DNA of 58,298 nt. Origin: Octopus bimaculoides (taxonomy: Eukaryota). Below are positions 37,490-48,299 of the stretch, piece after piece. The notes under the pieces were generated by a model, which did not search any database, was not told the origin of the DNA, and saw only the letters and a list, made by a program, of their open reading frames with translations. The DNA lies in contig NC_068999.1 of the NCBI RefSeq assembly GCF_001194135.2, forward strand, positions 9,182,469-9,240,766, written 5' to 3'. Every line of letters begins with the position of its first letter. Position 1 is the first letter of the stretch. The position numbers and the translations under genes are program-made.

Positions 37490-37930
37490 TTACTCGTTTA
37501 ATAGTTTCTCGTCAGTGGATCCAGGCATGCTGGTGTATTACCAACTGGCGTTGCCGCACCTTCATTAACCGCCCCCTTTAATAGTTGTCATTTCGTGAAC
37601 AAGGGAGCTTGATGTTACTGCCTTCATTCTTGTGTTCTTCAGTGAAGTTTGCTCCTCTTCAACTCTTCACAGTATTAGACCCAGTTTAATTTTGAAGACA
37701 TCTACCTCCATCCCATGCAGATGTCTCAGCTCGACCAGGAGGATAATGTAGAGTTATGACCCTTCGAATCTCTAGGTATTACCTTATACAGTCCTGAAAT
37801 TTGACGGCAAGTGTGGGATTTTAGGAACTAAGCAATGCTGACTTATTCTATAGTTTGTATAACTTTCATGCCAAAGATTAGGATAAAGCTTCTCGCAGCC
37901 TGCAGAGGTTTACTTGGATTGGATTAGAGC
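37490..37930 (-). mobile_element. CR1/jockey-group non-LTR retrotransposon 3' remnant (ORF2 C-terminus plus 3' UTR), multiple stops
   Basis: One minus frame reads LYPNLWHESYTNYRISQHCLVPKIPHLPSNFRTV*GNT*RFEGS*LYIILLVELRHLHGMEVDVFKIKLGLIL*RVEEEQTSLKNTRMKAVTSSSLVHEM. This follows the post-RT C-terminal pattern (FNxLPxxLR...DVFKxKLDxFL...P...RAxxSNSL) of such LINEs. Confidence 0.7.
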
Positions 37931-38095
37931 GACTAAAATGAAATGTTCCGCTTAGGAATAAATATTTCAGATTGCTCGATTCAGGAATCGAAACCACAAT
38001 GTTAATAGTATGAGAACAACCCCGAAACCACCAAGCCATATACTTACTTACACCAACATATATAAACAGAAAAATAACGACAGAGCTACAGAAAA

Positions 38096-38099
<4 letters not shown>

Positions 38100-38182
<83 letters not shown>

Positions 38183-38241
38183 NNNNNNNNNNNNNNNNNN
38201 NNNNNNNNNNNNNNNNNNNNNNNNNNNNNNNNNNNNNNNNN

Positions 38242-38274
<33 letters not shown>

Positions 38275-38285
38275 GAGAAAGAGAG
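38100..38285. repeat. (GA)n microsatellite spanning a gap
   Basis: Direct reading. Confidence 0.95.
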
Positions 38286-39029
38286 TGAATATTTAATATA
38301 CGTCTGTGTGTGTGTGTTTACTTAAAGCATCAAAACAATAAACAACAAAAGTATTCAAGAATAAAAGTAATAAATAACATAACTGCAAACAAAATCCCAA
38401 CAAGTGTTCAATTCATTCTGAGATATTTTATGAGCGAGAATTCTGTTGCGGAAATCTCAAGGTAAATCTAAAGTGTACACCAAATAAATATACAATTTTA
38501 TATAAAATCTCAATAACGCTTAGCAAATATAGTTGGCTTTATGATATATCTTGTTTGTCTTATGTGAGCTGGCACAATGACTAACCGATAGGAGAGGTTG
38601 CTGACTTCATTTAAATGAGTGCAGTCAATATATCACTTATAGGTTAAAGCTAGATAGATGCTACACCATATTTATCTACTTACCATTCTGTCTGTACTTT
38701 TAAACACACACACACACACACACGCACATACATACAAGCACACAGTTACACGCATACACAAACACATCCACACACACCCACGCAAACAAACACACACACA
38801 CACACATACACACACACACACACAGATAACCTAACCGACAGTTTATGGGTATGCCCAAAATATATTGCAAATTAAAAACGGAAAATATCATAGAGAAAAC
38901 ATCAATACCGTAGGTATGTGCATATTGGTAAGCAGACATAGATATATAAATGTATTTGTAGATGTGGATATATATATACATACATATATATATTTCGCCA
39001 TGATAGATTGCTAGCCACTACACATTCCT

Positions 39030-39187
39030 TTTCTCTCACCTTGTTACTTTCTGTGTTCCTTTCTGTGGAAAAGCGTAGGCTCGAAACGTTAAAGATTTTT
39101 CACTTCCCGAGCGTTATACTCATACATCTATTTGTTGTCTACACTACCTATCTTCGTCGTTTTTTTTTTTTTGTAAATTCTCCCTAT
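39030..39187 (+). mobile_element. Penelope-like terminal repeat fragment with hammerhead-like motif
   Basis: Homologous to 27963-28112. Contains CTTT-CTGTGGAA-AAGC-GTAG-GCTC-GAAAC-GTT-AAAG. Confidence 0.6.
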
Positions 39188-39458
39188 ATATATATATATA
39201 TATATATAAGGGCATTACTATATAAGAATGCCTCACGCTAAGAGGGACTCTCAGGTCAAACTACCATAAGAAACACATTTTTACCGAACGCGAGGAAATG
39301 CAACTCACAAAGCTAGCCCCTTAAAAGCAGACTGAATTATAGATCATGATTTCGTAGTTATTGTAGTATTATACAACTTCTACTCGTCAGTATAATATGG
39401 TCAAGATACATAGAAATAGACAGAAAATCAACATACCAAAGGAACAGGATTATATGTT

Positions 39459-39495
<37 letters not shown>

Positions 39496-39520
39496 TACTA
39501 ATAATAATAGTAATAATAAT

Positions 39521-40228
39521 ATGTGTAACAACAAAAGAATGGAACCTTGATATATTCGGCATATTTTGCTTTATGAGTTCAATAAAGACAAGAAAGCAAC
39601 GGCGAGTGCGAGGAATGTTAATCCAGTATATGGGGAATGGTCATTAAGCGTAAGCCGGTGTCAACGGTGCTTCCAGAAATTCCGAGCCGGAAACTACAGC
39701 CTAGAAAATGAGCCATGTCCTGGAAGATCTGTGGAGCTTGACAAGGACATCTTGCTAACCCTGGTGGAAGAAAATCCCATCATAACTAGCAGAAAAGCTT
39801 GGATTTGGTAATTCAACCATTTATCGCCAAATGCGTTCCATCGGAAAATGACCATCTATGTTTTCAAGATGAAAGGTGTTCTTCTATCGGCCACAAGGAT
39901 CACATTCTATAGGGTGGATGAGTTTGAATAGGAAACGCTGCTGGACCTACCATATTCGCCGGATATTGCCCCATGGGATTATCATTTATTCCGCAGTCTT
40001 CAAAATCATTTGGAATGAAAAAAATATAGATTCTGTAAATGGAGTGAGAACAGTACTGGAGGAGTTTTTTTCGTCACGGACAAGCGAATTTTCGAGTCTA
40101 CCAGATAGATGAAAGATCATTGTAGAAAATGAAGGAGAGTATCTTTTAGATTAAATACGAACTTTGTTTATCTCAATTCTGAAAAATAAAAGAATACAAA
40201 ACCGCATTATTTATGGGATGACCCGAGA
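39521..40228 (+). mobile_element. Decayed mariner (DD34D-family) transposon, internally deleted transposase pseudogene
   Basis: N-terminal HTH region IRHILLYEFNK...CQRCFQKFRAGNYSLENEPCPGR. C-terminal LPYSPDIAPWDYHLFRSLQNHL (YSPDLAP motif) and IVENEGEYLLD* (stop ends 40154). Stops and frameshifts throughout, and most of the catalytic core is missing. The 3' TIR-like CCGCATTATTTATGGGATGACCCGAGA ends on TA. The 5' TIR was not identified. Confidence 0.9.
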
Positions 40229-40234
40229 TATATA

Positions 40235-40278
<44 letters not shown>

Positions 40279-40288
40279 NNNNNNNNNN

Positions 40289-40319
<31 letters not shown>

Positions 40320-41071
40320 CAGACACACACATATATATGCATGTATATATATATATATATATGAGTGTGTATATATATATATATGTACACTATCGTGTGT
40401 GTGTGCTCATGCGCGCGTATGTATCTTTGTATGTATGCGCTTCTGTGCGTATGTCTATACGTACAGGAAGTTGAATATTTTTTTCGTTACTCACGTATAC
40501 ACAGACATACAAAACACAATCATATAGGCTAAATTCTAAAATTAAGTTTAAATGTAGTTTACTTCAAGCGAGGCAAATTGCTTCCAACAAGAAGCGAAAA
40601 AAAAATGACAAAAGAAAAATATATAAAATAATCAAAAACACACAAAGAGAAAAAAGAAACAAACATCTTAAAAAGAAAGAAAAAACTATGAAATTAAAGA
40701 ATATATGACGCAATGAAGTATATTTAAAGAAATCAAAACTAAACAGATTTCATCAAAATCTTTGAACATCGCTGCGAAGTGGCCATGTTTAGAGGAAATA
40801 CAGCAGAAGAATGCCTCGATAAATGATCATTTGAGGCGCATTAGATGAATGCGCAATTTTAAATCTATTTTCTGTTATAATTTCTTTCTTTTATTTTTCT
40901 ATCAATTTTCGCTTCCATCCCTATTTTCTTTTCTTTCATTTAATCTTCATCTTATTCTCTCTTTCTGCCTTTTTGCCTTTCTTTCTTAATTTCTTTATCA
41001 TTTCTATATTTTGCTTTGCTTTTGGTTTCTTTCTCTTATCTATCTCCCAATCTCTCTCCTACCCTTTCTCC

Positions 41072-41103
<32 letters not shown>

Positions 41104-43039
41104 TTTTCTCTTTCTCTCTATCATTCTGCTTTCTCTACGCTTAATATGTACGTAGGTACCTACGTATCTATGAATGTATATAGGTATATATAGATATATA
41201 TGTGTGCGCGTTTACGTGTGCATGTATTTAAATGTGATCCTGACCCTTTCTTTCTATCTATCTATCTATCACTTTATCTCTCTAATTCTCTCTCTCTCTN
41301 NNNNNNNNNNNNNNNNNNNNNNNNNNNNNNNNNNNNNNNNNNNNNNNNNNNNNNNNNNNNNNNNNNNNNNNNNNNNNNNNNNNNNNNNNNNNNNNNNNNN
41401 NNNNNNNNNNNNNNNNNNNNNNNNNNNNNNNNNNNNNNNNNNNNNNNNNNNNNNNNNNNNNNNNNNNNNNNNNNNNNNNNNNNNNNNNNNNNNNNNNNNN
41501 NNNNNNNNNNNNNNNNNNNNNNNNNNNNNNNNNNNNNNNNNNNNNNNNNNNNNNNNNNNNNNNNNNNNNNNNNNNNNNNNNNNNNNNNNNNNNNNNNNNN
41601 NNNNNNNNNNNNNNNNNNNNNNNNNNNNNNNNNNNNNNNNNNNNNNNNNNNNNNNNNNNNNNNNNNNNNNNNNNNNNNNNNNNNNNNNNNNNNNNNNNNN
41701 NNNNNNNNNNNNNNNNNNNNNNNNNNNNNNNNNNNNNNNNNNNNNNNNNNNNNNNNNNNNNNNNNNNNNNNNNNNNNNNNNNNNNNNNNNNNNNNNNNNN
41801 NNNNNNNNNNNNNNNNNNNNNNNNNNNNNNNNNNNNNNNNNNNNNNNNNNNNNNNNNNNNNNNNNNNNNNNNNNNNNNNNNNNNNNNNNNNNNNNNNNNN
41901 NNNNNNNNNNNNNNNNNNNNNNNNNNNNNNNNNNNNNNNNNNNNNNNNNNNNNNNNNNNNNNNNNNNNNNNNNNNNNNNNNNNNNNNNNNNNNNNNNNNN
42001 NNNNNNNNNNNNNNNNNNNNNNNNNNNNNNNNNNNNNNNNNNNNNNNNNNNNNNNNNNNNNNNNNNNNNNNNNNNNNNNNNNNNNNNNNNNNNNNNNNNN
42101 NNNNNNNNNNNNNNNNNNNNNNNNNNNNNNNNNNNNNNNNNNNNNNNNNNNNNNNNNNNNNNNNNNNNNNNNNNNNNNNNNNNNNNNNNNNNNNNNNNNN
42201 NNNNNNNNNNNNNNNNNNNNNNNNTATATATATATATATATATATATCAGTAAGTAGGTAGGGAGATAATTTCATTTCATCCTTAAAATTATTTCTTTAC
42301 CACTTCCTGTATGACTTTTATTTATCTATTTATTATCATTATTATTAATTTTATTTTTTTTTGCTTTCTACTCCGATATTTTTTTCTACATTCATCCTCA
42401 AAGAAAGATTGAAATTTTCATGGTGGGATTTCGTATATATACAAAACGGTGCATGGATGAATTCTTATAGAAACCACTGAAGCGTGTCATATTAGTATAA
42501 TTATATATAATACATGATACAAACAAACACACAAATAATATCATAACCAAGTGATTTCTTGTTGGAAATTTTAAATCTGTTCCTTTGCGCATGTCTTACC
42601 ATAGTTCTAAGGATTTTATCGGTTTCTACACATATATAAAAGAATGTATATATACATATATACATATATATCATCCTATAACATGTTCATAAGATGTCTC
42701 TTTCCTCTATCTCTCCCACACGCTCTCACTCACTCACTCAGTCACTCGTTCACTCATTTTACTCTCCTTATCACACTATCAATTTAACTGTCTTCGTCTT
42801 TATACATACATGCTCCATACCCACAACATACACACACATACACACACTCATCGACACGCATACGCACATACAGACAAGCAACATATACACATACAAAGGC
42901 GAGTACACTCACGCCTAAATATACCACATGCACATACACAGATTCACCCACTTCACACACACATATAGATATATCTGAATATATATATACAGACATGTAC
43001 ATGTATATCTTTGCATATATGCTCATGCATATACATATA

Positions 43040-43640
43040 TAGGAATGAACAGAATTTAGGATCGTTGAAATATGCTTGTGATATATCTCAACTGCTAAAG
43101 GCAAATAGACTGCAGTTACCGTGGAGAATAAATCTGTCTTATGGTAGAAAGTTGTAAAAACACCGGTTCGTTAGGAATCTGACACGATATTTCGAGCGAC
43201 ATTGATCTTTCGAGCTATTTTGGCTCACGTCAACGAAATATAGCTAAGTGAGACAAGCTAAACAAAGCTATAGCTTTATGTATAATCTGGTCAGTACATT
43301 GACTGATTCGCGCTTGTAGATCGCCCGATTAAGGTAATCCACGAAGCGTTAGCGCGATGCAGTGTTTAGATATGAGCAGATTTAGCTACTTGGAATATGT
43401 TTGTCACAAATTTCAACTGCTAAAAGGCAAATAGACTGCAGTTACCGTGCAGAGAGAACCCCCCACCCCAACAAAAAACACTCTCTGATGGTGAAAAGGT
43501 GTGAAAACAGCGGTTCGTTTAGTGTCACCCTCTATTAAAAATCTCAAACATCGATGTTTGGAGATATTTTGAAAGCTATGTATTATAGAGAGCGAAGCTG
43601 AACAAACCGGTGTTTTCATACAATATCCAGACAGGTGATA
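43040..43640. repeat. Diverged tandem duplication of unique sequence, period ~325-340 bp
   Basis: Core TCAACTGCTAAA(A)GGCAAATAGACTGCAGTTACCGTG at 43088-43123 and 43413-43449, with collinear similarity on both sides. Confidence 0.8.
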
Positions 43641-43789
43641 CAAAGAAATCAAGGACGGGATTGTAATGCTCTTAGATTTTTTTTTCTTTCTTGGGGCTGG
43701 CCAGATTGGAGCAATCTCGAGTATAACCAAAACGATCGCGAATGGAGGAATCTCGAGTATAACCAGAACGACTACGATATTAACGATTA

Positions 43790-44031
43790 CCACACGCACC
43801 ACCACCAACAACACCATCTCTACCACTACCACCACTACCAATACAATCATTATAAGTACAACCAAACACTGCCAATCTCACCACCACCATCCTCCTCATC
43901 ATCATCCCCATCACCAGCACCAGCGCCACCAGCACCAGTACCATCATCATCATCATCATCCTCATCATCATCAACATCACCATCACCACCACCACTATCA
44001 TCATCATCATCATCACCAGCACCACCACTAC

Positions 44032-44068
<37 letters not shown>

Positions 44069-44190
44069 TTCATCATCATCATCATCATCACCACCACCAC
44101 CACCACCACCAGCACCACCACTACGACCACCACCATCCTCATCATAATCAGCATCATCCTCGTCACCATCGACGTCGCCGCCAGCACCGG
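43790..44190. repeat. (CAC/CAT)n trinucleotide array
   Basis: Direct reading. Source of the poly-His/Ser ORFs. Confidence 0.95.
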
Positions 44191-44349
44191 TAGCCTTTAC
44201 TAGTCTCTCCTTGTGATGTTCCAGTCGGGCCGGTAGGAGCTGTCAAGGGATGTTGATTTTGTGTCGCTAATTCTTTCCCTCTCACCCTAACGTCCCTTCC
44301 AACTTACCCACCCCCATCTACATACCTAGTCATCTAAATAGCATCCTCC

Positions 44350-44740
44350 CTCCATCCGTATCTACCAACATACCTACCTACCTACTTACATACATTCATA
44401 AATACATACGCACATACATACGTACATACATACGTACGTACGTACATACATATATACATAGACATAGAGTACATTTATGCATACAAACATATATACATAC
44501 GCACGTACTATATTCATACATGCATACATACGTACATATGTACATACACACGTACTTACATATTAATGTACATACGTACATGCATAAATGCATACATGCA
44601 TACGTACATACATGCCTATATACATACATACATATACGTAAATACATAATACATACATATATGTATACAAACACACATACAAACATGCATTCATAAATAC
44701 ATACATACATACATACATACATACATACATACATACTTAT
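44350..44740. repeat. (TACA/TACG)n array
   Basis: Direct reading. Confidence 0.9.
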
Positions 44741-45499
44741 CTACCCAGAAAACAACCTTCAACATCCCCTCTGGATTCAAATTATATGCTCTCTGTCAAT
44801 ATGTATATATATATATATATATNNNNNNNNNNNNNNNNNNNNNNNNNNNNNNNNNNNNNNNNNNNNNNNNNNNNNNNNNNNNNNNNNNNNNNNNNNNNNN
44901 NNNNNNNNNNNNNNNNNNNNNNNNNNNNNNNNNNNNNNNNNNNNNNNNNNNNNNNNNNNNNNNNNNNNNNNNNNNNNNNNNNNNNNNNNNNNNNNNNNNN
45001 NNNNNNNNNNNNNNNNNNNNNNNNNNNNNNNNNNNNNNNNNNNNNNNNNNNNNNNNNNNNNNNNNNNNNNNNNNNNNNNNNNNNNNNNNNNNNNNNNNNN
45101 NNNNTATATATGTATGTATGTATGTGTGTGTGTGTGTATAAGTGTGTATGCGTTTATGAGCCTGTGTATACAAGTGATTGAGAGTGATAGATAGATACAT
45201 AGATAGATATATAGGTAGGTAGACAGACAGACAGGAAGATAGATAGATAGATAGATTGTTAGATAGAGACGTGGGGGCAGTGATGCTGGGTGTGTACTGG
45301 TGGTGTCAGGGGAGGATGTACGATATTGTTGTTAGTATTGTCAACGTTGTTTATTATTAATGGATGACTACTTTACCACCTGAACATAAGAAACCGCTGC
45401 AATGTTTTTTTCCAGGTCACTTCCCGCCCTCATTCCACCAACCCCAAAAAAACCCTTTGTGTCTCACTCGGTCCCATGCTGCGACCGAACCTTTGATTA

Positions 45500-45557
45500 G
45501 TGTTATTATTACTATCATCATTATCAACATTATTATCGTTATTATTATTATTTTTAG

Positions 45558-45618
<61 letters not shown>

Positions 45619-45914
45619 TTTAGATTTATTATTATTATTATTATCATTATTATTTTTAGATTTATTATTATTATTATTATTATTATTATATCATATTGAT
45701 GTAGTTATCCTTGTTATTGTTGGTTTTATTCTTCTTCTTGTTATTATTTTTGTTATCGTTATTGTTGTTATTGTTGTTTTTCGCTTTCTTCGGATTATTA
45801 TCATCATCGTCATCACCATCATCATCTTCGCTATCATCGTCACCATCACTATGTCAAACGGCAGCAGCAGCAGCAGCAGCAGCACCTGTAGCCATAGCTG
45901 CTACTATTATTGCC

Positions 45915-45974
<60 letters not shown>

Positions 45975-46047
45975 TGTGGTGGGAGTAGTAGTAGTAGTAG
46001 TAGTAATAGTAGTAGTTGTGGTGGGAGTAGTAGTAGTNNNNNNNNNN

Positions 46048-46081
<34 letters not shown>

Positions 46082-46339
46082 TGTGGTAGGAGTAGTAGTA
46101 GTAGTAGTAGTAGTAGTAATAGTAGTAGTTGTGGTGGGAGTAGTAGTAGTAGTAGTAGTAGTAAATGAAGAAGAAAATGACGAAGGAGAAGAAAAAGAAG
46201 TTGAGGAATAACAGAAGGAAGGTAAAGAAGAGGAAGTGGAGAAGGAAGAGAAAGAAGAAAAGGAAGGTGAAGACAAAGAAGCGGAAGAAGAGGAAGGAGA
46301 AGAAGAGGTAGAGGAATAATAATAATGATGATGATGATG

Positions 46340-46428
<89 letters not shown>

Positions 46429-46448
46429 AAGAAGAAGAAGAAGAAGAA
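45500..46448. repeat. Trinucleotide mosaic: (ATT)n, (CAG)n, (TAG)n, (AAT)n, (GAA)n
   Basis: Direct reading. Confidence 0.95.
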
Positions 46449-46916
46449 AAAACGGAGAATTAGTGGCAATGTTGATTGAGCATTGCCGTGCGTTAGGTAA
46501 ATTGCTATTAGTATGGTTGGTGTTGCTGTGTTTGTTCTTGTTTCTACACTTTCTTCTGGTCTTTTGTAATCCTTCTTCTTTTCTGGGTTTATACATACAT
46601 ACATACATACATGCANNNNNNNNNNATATATAAGTATATAATTTTCTTCTTGTCCCCAATTTTCGTCGTATATTTTCCGTTACATCCATTTAAGCAGGGC
46701 AGCATGTCCTCCTCTGTTAGTTGATACGTTCATATTATATACGTCTCTATACATACACGCCACCTGGTCGTAGAACACCTGTTCGAAACAGTAAGGATTA
46801 CGTTTAATGCAGACGCAAATGAAACAAAAGAAAAGTAAACGAAAACGAAGGAAGAACATTGCACACGCAAGCAACGTGTACAGATACATAAGAGAGTTCC
46901 AGTCTATGTGTAAGCA

Positions 46917-47147
46917 GTGCGGTGAGCTGGCAGAAAGGTTAGCACGCCGGACGAAATGCTTAGCGGTATTTCGTCTGCCGCTACGTTCTGAGTTCAAATT
47001 CCGCTGAGGTCGACTTTGCTTTTCGTCCTTTCGGGGTCGATTAAATAAGCACCAGTTACACACTGAGGTCGACGTAATCGACTTAATCCCTTTGTCTGTC
47101 CTTGTTTGTTCCCTCTACGTTTAGCCTCTTGTGGGCAATAAAGAAAT
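46917..47147 (+). mobile_element. SINE family B, full length, well preserved
   Basis: GCGGTGAGCTGGCAGAA head, GAGTTCAAATTCC B box, tail GTGGGCAATAAAGAAATA. Confidence 0.95.
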
Positions 47148-47370
47148 ATATGTGTAAGTAGTGCGGTACGGATGCTGTCTCTCAATCACACGTATCCGGG
47201 TTCAGACCCATTGCCTGTTACTTTGTCAGAGATACTGAAATATGCATGTGTATACGTGTGTGTGTGTGTGTATGTGCATGTATTTACACACATATATTCA
47301 ATCTTACACACTCACACACACACTCATATATATACGCGTTAATTTACATATATGTATATACTTGTATACA

Positions 47371-47752
47371 GGCACAGGAGCGACTGTGTGATAAGTAGCT
47401 TGCTTACCAACCACATGGTTTCGGGTTCAGTCCCACTGCGTGGCACAATGGGTAAGTGTCTTCAACTATAGCCTCGGGCCGACTAAAGCCTTGTAAGTGG
47501 ATTTGGTAGACGGAAACTGAAAGAAGCCCGTGTGTGTTTATCCCTCATTGCTTGAGAACCGATGTGTTTTCTCCCCGATGCTGGTGTGTTTACGTCCCCG
47601 TAAATTAGCGGTTCGGTAAAAGAGACCGATAGAATAAGTAGTAGGACTACAAAGAATAAGTCCTGGGGTCCATTTGTTCGACTAAAGCTGGTGCCCCAGC
47701 ATGGCCGCAGTCAAATGACGAAAACCAGTAGATAAATAAAACAATAAAAGAA
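47371..47752 (+). mobile_element. SINE family C, full length
   Basis: Head GACTGTGTGATAAG...GGGTTCAGTCCC, tail GGTGCCCCAGCATGGCCGCAGTCAAATGAC. Confidence 0.95.
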
Positions 47753-47918
47753 TATATATGTATGTATCCATATACATATACATACATATATATACATATA
47801 CATATATATATATATATATATAAATATACGGACTGATATACATATATACATATTCATTGGCATAAGCCTATATACATACATACATATGTATATACATACA
47901 CATACACATTTACAAATG

Positions 47919-47958
<40 letters not shown>

Positions 47959-47968
47959 NNNNNNNNNN

Positions 47969-48005
<37 letters not shown>

Positions 48006-48268
48006 TAACGGTCATTCATATATTCAGTGATACTTTGGCTTTCAACAGACTATTGTTCTGAATAGGTCATATTTACTCTAACCGCCATCACATTCCCTTA
48101 CTCCATCTTCTTTAGTCGAAGTTACAATATGCATTATATATGTATGGAAGTTCAACAGAGACTGCGTGGGGGAATTCGGTTCACTGTCTATATTTGCAGT
48201 ATTTTGTCTAAGCTGCTATTTCCATACATAGCTAAGTATGTACATATGTATGTATGCACGTTTCTAGG

Positions 48269-48299
<31 letters not shown>

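Noticed and set aside
39248-39285. Possible 5' TIR of the mariner copy
   Set aside because: Only patchy similarity (CAGGTCA...CCATAA) to the reverse complement of the 3' TIR.
40747-40826. Plus frame DFIKIFEHRCEVAMFRGNTAEECLDK*
   Set aside because: Weak acceptor, a second frame is equally open, and no recognisable motif.
41149-41166. 18-bp palindrome TACGTAGGTACCTACGTA
   Set aside because: Explained by the junction of TAGG/TACG simple repeats in opposite orientation.
43635-44193. His-rich or Ser/Pro-rich ORFs as possible cephalopod structural proteins
   Set aside because: Pure CAC/CAT repeat. It lacks the Gly/Ala-rich repeats, signal peptide or chitin-binding motif of His-rich beak proteins.
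45960-46165. Higher-order TGTGGTGGGAG(TAG)n unit repeated on both sides of a 10-N gap
   Set aside because: May be duplicated contig ends at a scaffold join rather than real structure.
45364-46689. Poly-Ile/Leu/Ser/Val/Arg ORFs
   Set aside because: Trinucleotide microsatellite translations.
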